From Zootoca vivipara (taxonomy: Eukaryota), in contig NC_083287.1 of the NCBI RefSeq assembly GCF_963506605.1, positions 3,410,001 to 3,474,000 of the forward strand: a DNA stretch of 64,000 nt, read 5' to 3'. Below, one piece after another: positions 63,318-64,000 of the stretch (position 1 is its first letter; each line of letters begins with the position of its first letter). The notes below the pieces were generated by a model that was not told the origin of the DNA, did no database searches, and saw only the letters and a program-made list of their open reading frames with translations. Position numbers and translations under genes: made by a program.

Positions 63318-63455
63318 CAGCCTTTCTCAACCTGTGGGTCCCCAGATGTTGTTGAACTGCAACTCCCATCGCCCCTAGCTAGAAAGGCCAAAGCTCAGGG
63401 ATGATGGGAGTTGTAGTCCAACAACACCTGGGGACCCACAGGTTGAGATCCGCTG
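63318..63455. mobile_element. hAT MITE within another small element (~63260-63590; inverted relative at ~55585-55822)
   Basis: CAGCCTTTCTCAACCTGTGGGTCCCCAG ... CTGGGGACCCACAGGTTGAG. Confidence 0.7.
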
Positions 63456-64000
63456 CAATTGATCTCAAGACAAAGTGCATACACACTATATAAATGACAA
63501 TGCCCATCAACATGGGGGGGGGAATGACTTCCTCAAATATTTAATGGGGGGCAAAGCCCCCTAGGCCCCTAGGCGTTGGCTGCTATGCCTAGGACAATTC
63601 AAGAAAGCAAAAAAAAAAATTCTTGTTTTCCTCCTCTAAAAACTAGGTTTGTCCTATGGTCAGGTGCGTCTTATGGAGCGAAAAATACAGTAAATACATG
63701 AAGAAATCACATTTGTTCTGTATAGTAGTCGGTTAGGCCCTGGGCCTTGAGATTATTCCATGCTAAACTAAAGTCCAGGTTACTGGACAAAGTTATTGTT
63801 CACAACAGTTTATTAGCAAAGTGCCATCCTCTTTCCACTCTCATTGGGGATTTGGCGCTATAATGGCTCTTCCATACCCCCCTCCTTGGCTACACCAGTG
63901 TTTTTCCTTCAGGGAATCTAGGCCAGTGCCATTGTATAAATAGCTGACCTAGCATCTGTTCCCATGTTAGTTTGGGATTCTATGTCAGTGGCATTTAGGG

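Larger units (their letters stand above)
61650..63690. mobile_element. Tc2/pogo-like DNA transposon derivative hosting nested insertions
   Basis: TIRs CCGTATTTTTGCTCCATAAGACACAC / GTGCGTCTTATGGAGCGAAAAATACAG|TA. Confidence 0.7.

Overview
Vertebrate genomic DNA, most likely from a lacertid lizard (inferred from Sauria/POM-type SINEs). It holds exons 2-28 of EGFR (ErbB1) on the + strand at 9095-59625. All 26 introns are GT-AG, the phases are consistent, and the spliced CDS is 3587 nt (~1195 aa). Exon 1 (signal peptide) is not in the window, so 1-9094 is the end of intron 1. The kinase is almost identical to human/chicken EGFR as I recall them. The ligand-binding ectodomain is strongly diverged: a 9-aa insertion in exon 4, loss of domain III histidines, Y45H, and an altered dimerization arm. 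Introns and 3' flank are packed with transposable elements: a decayed Ngaro-type tyrosine-recombinase retroelement with an SGNH-hydrolase ORF, two non-autonomous Helitrons (one with CpG-island-like cargo, nested in an L1-type element inside a CR1), a Penelope-type insertion with a minimal hammerhead ribozyme just before exon 18, L1/L2/CR1/RTE/RTE-X/Rex1 fragments, Sauria SINEs, and hAT and Tigger/pogo MITEs. All comparisons with human/chicken sequences and TE families are from memory and were not run against databases.
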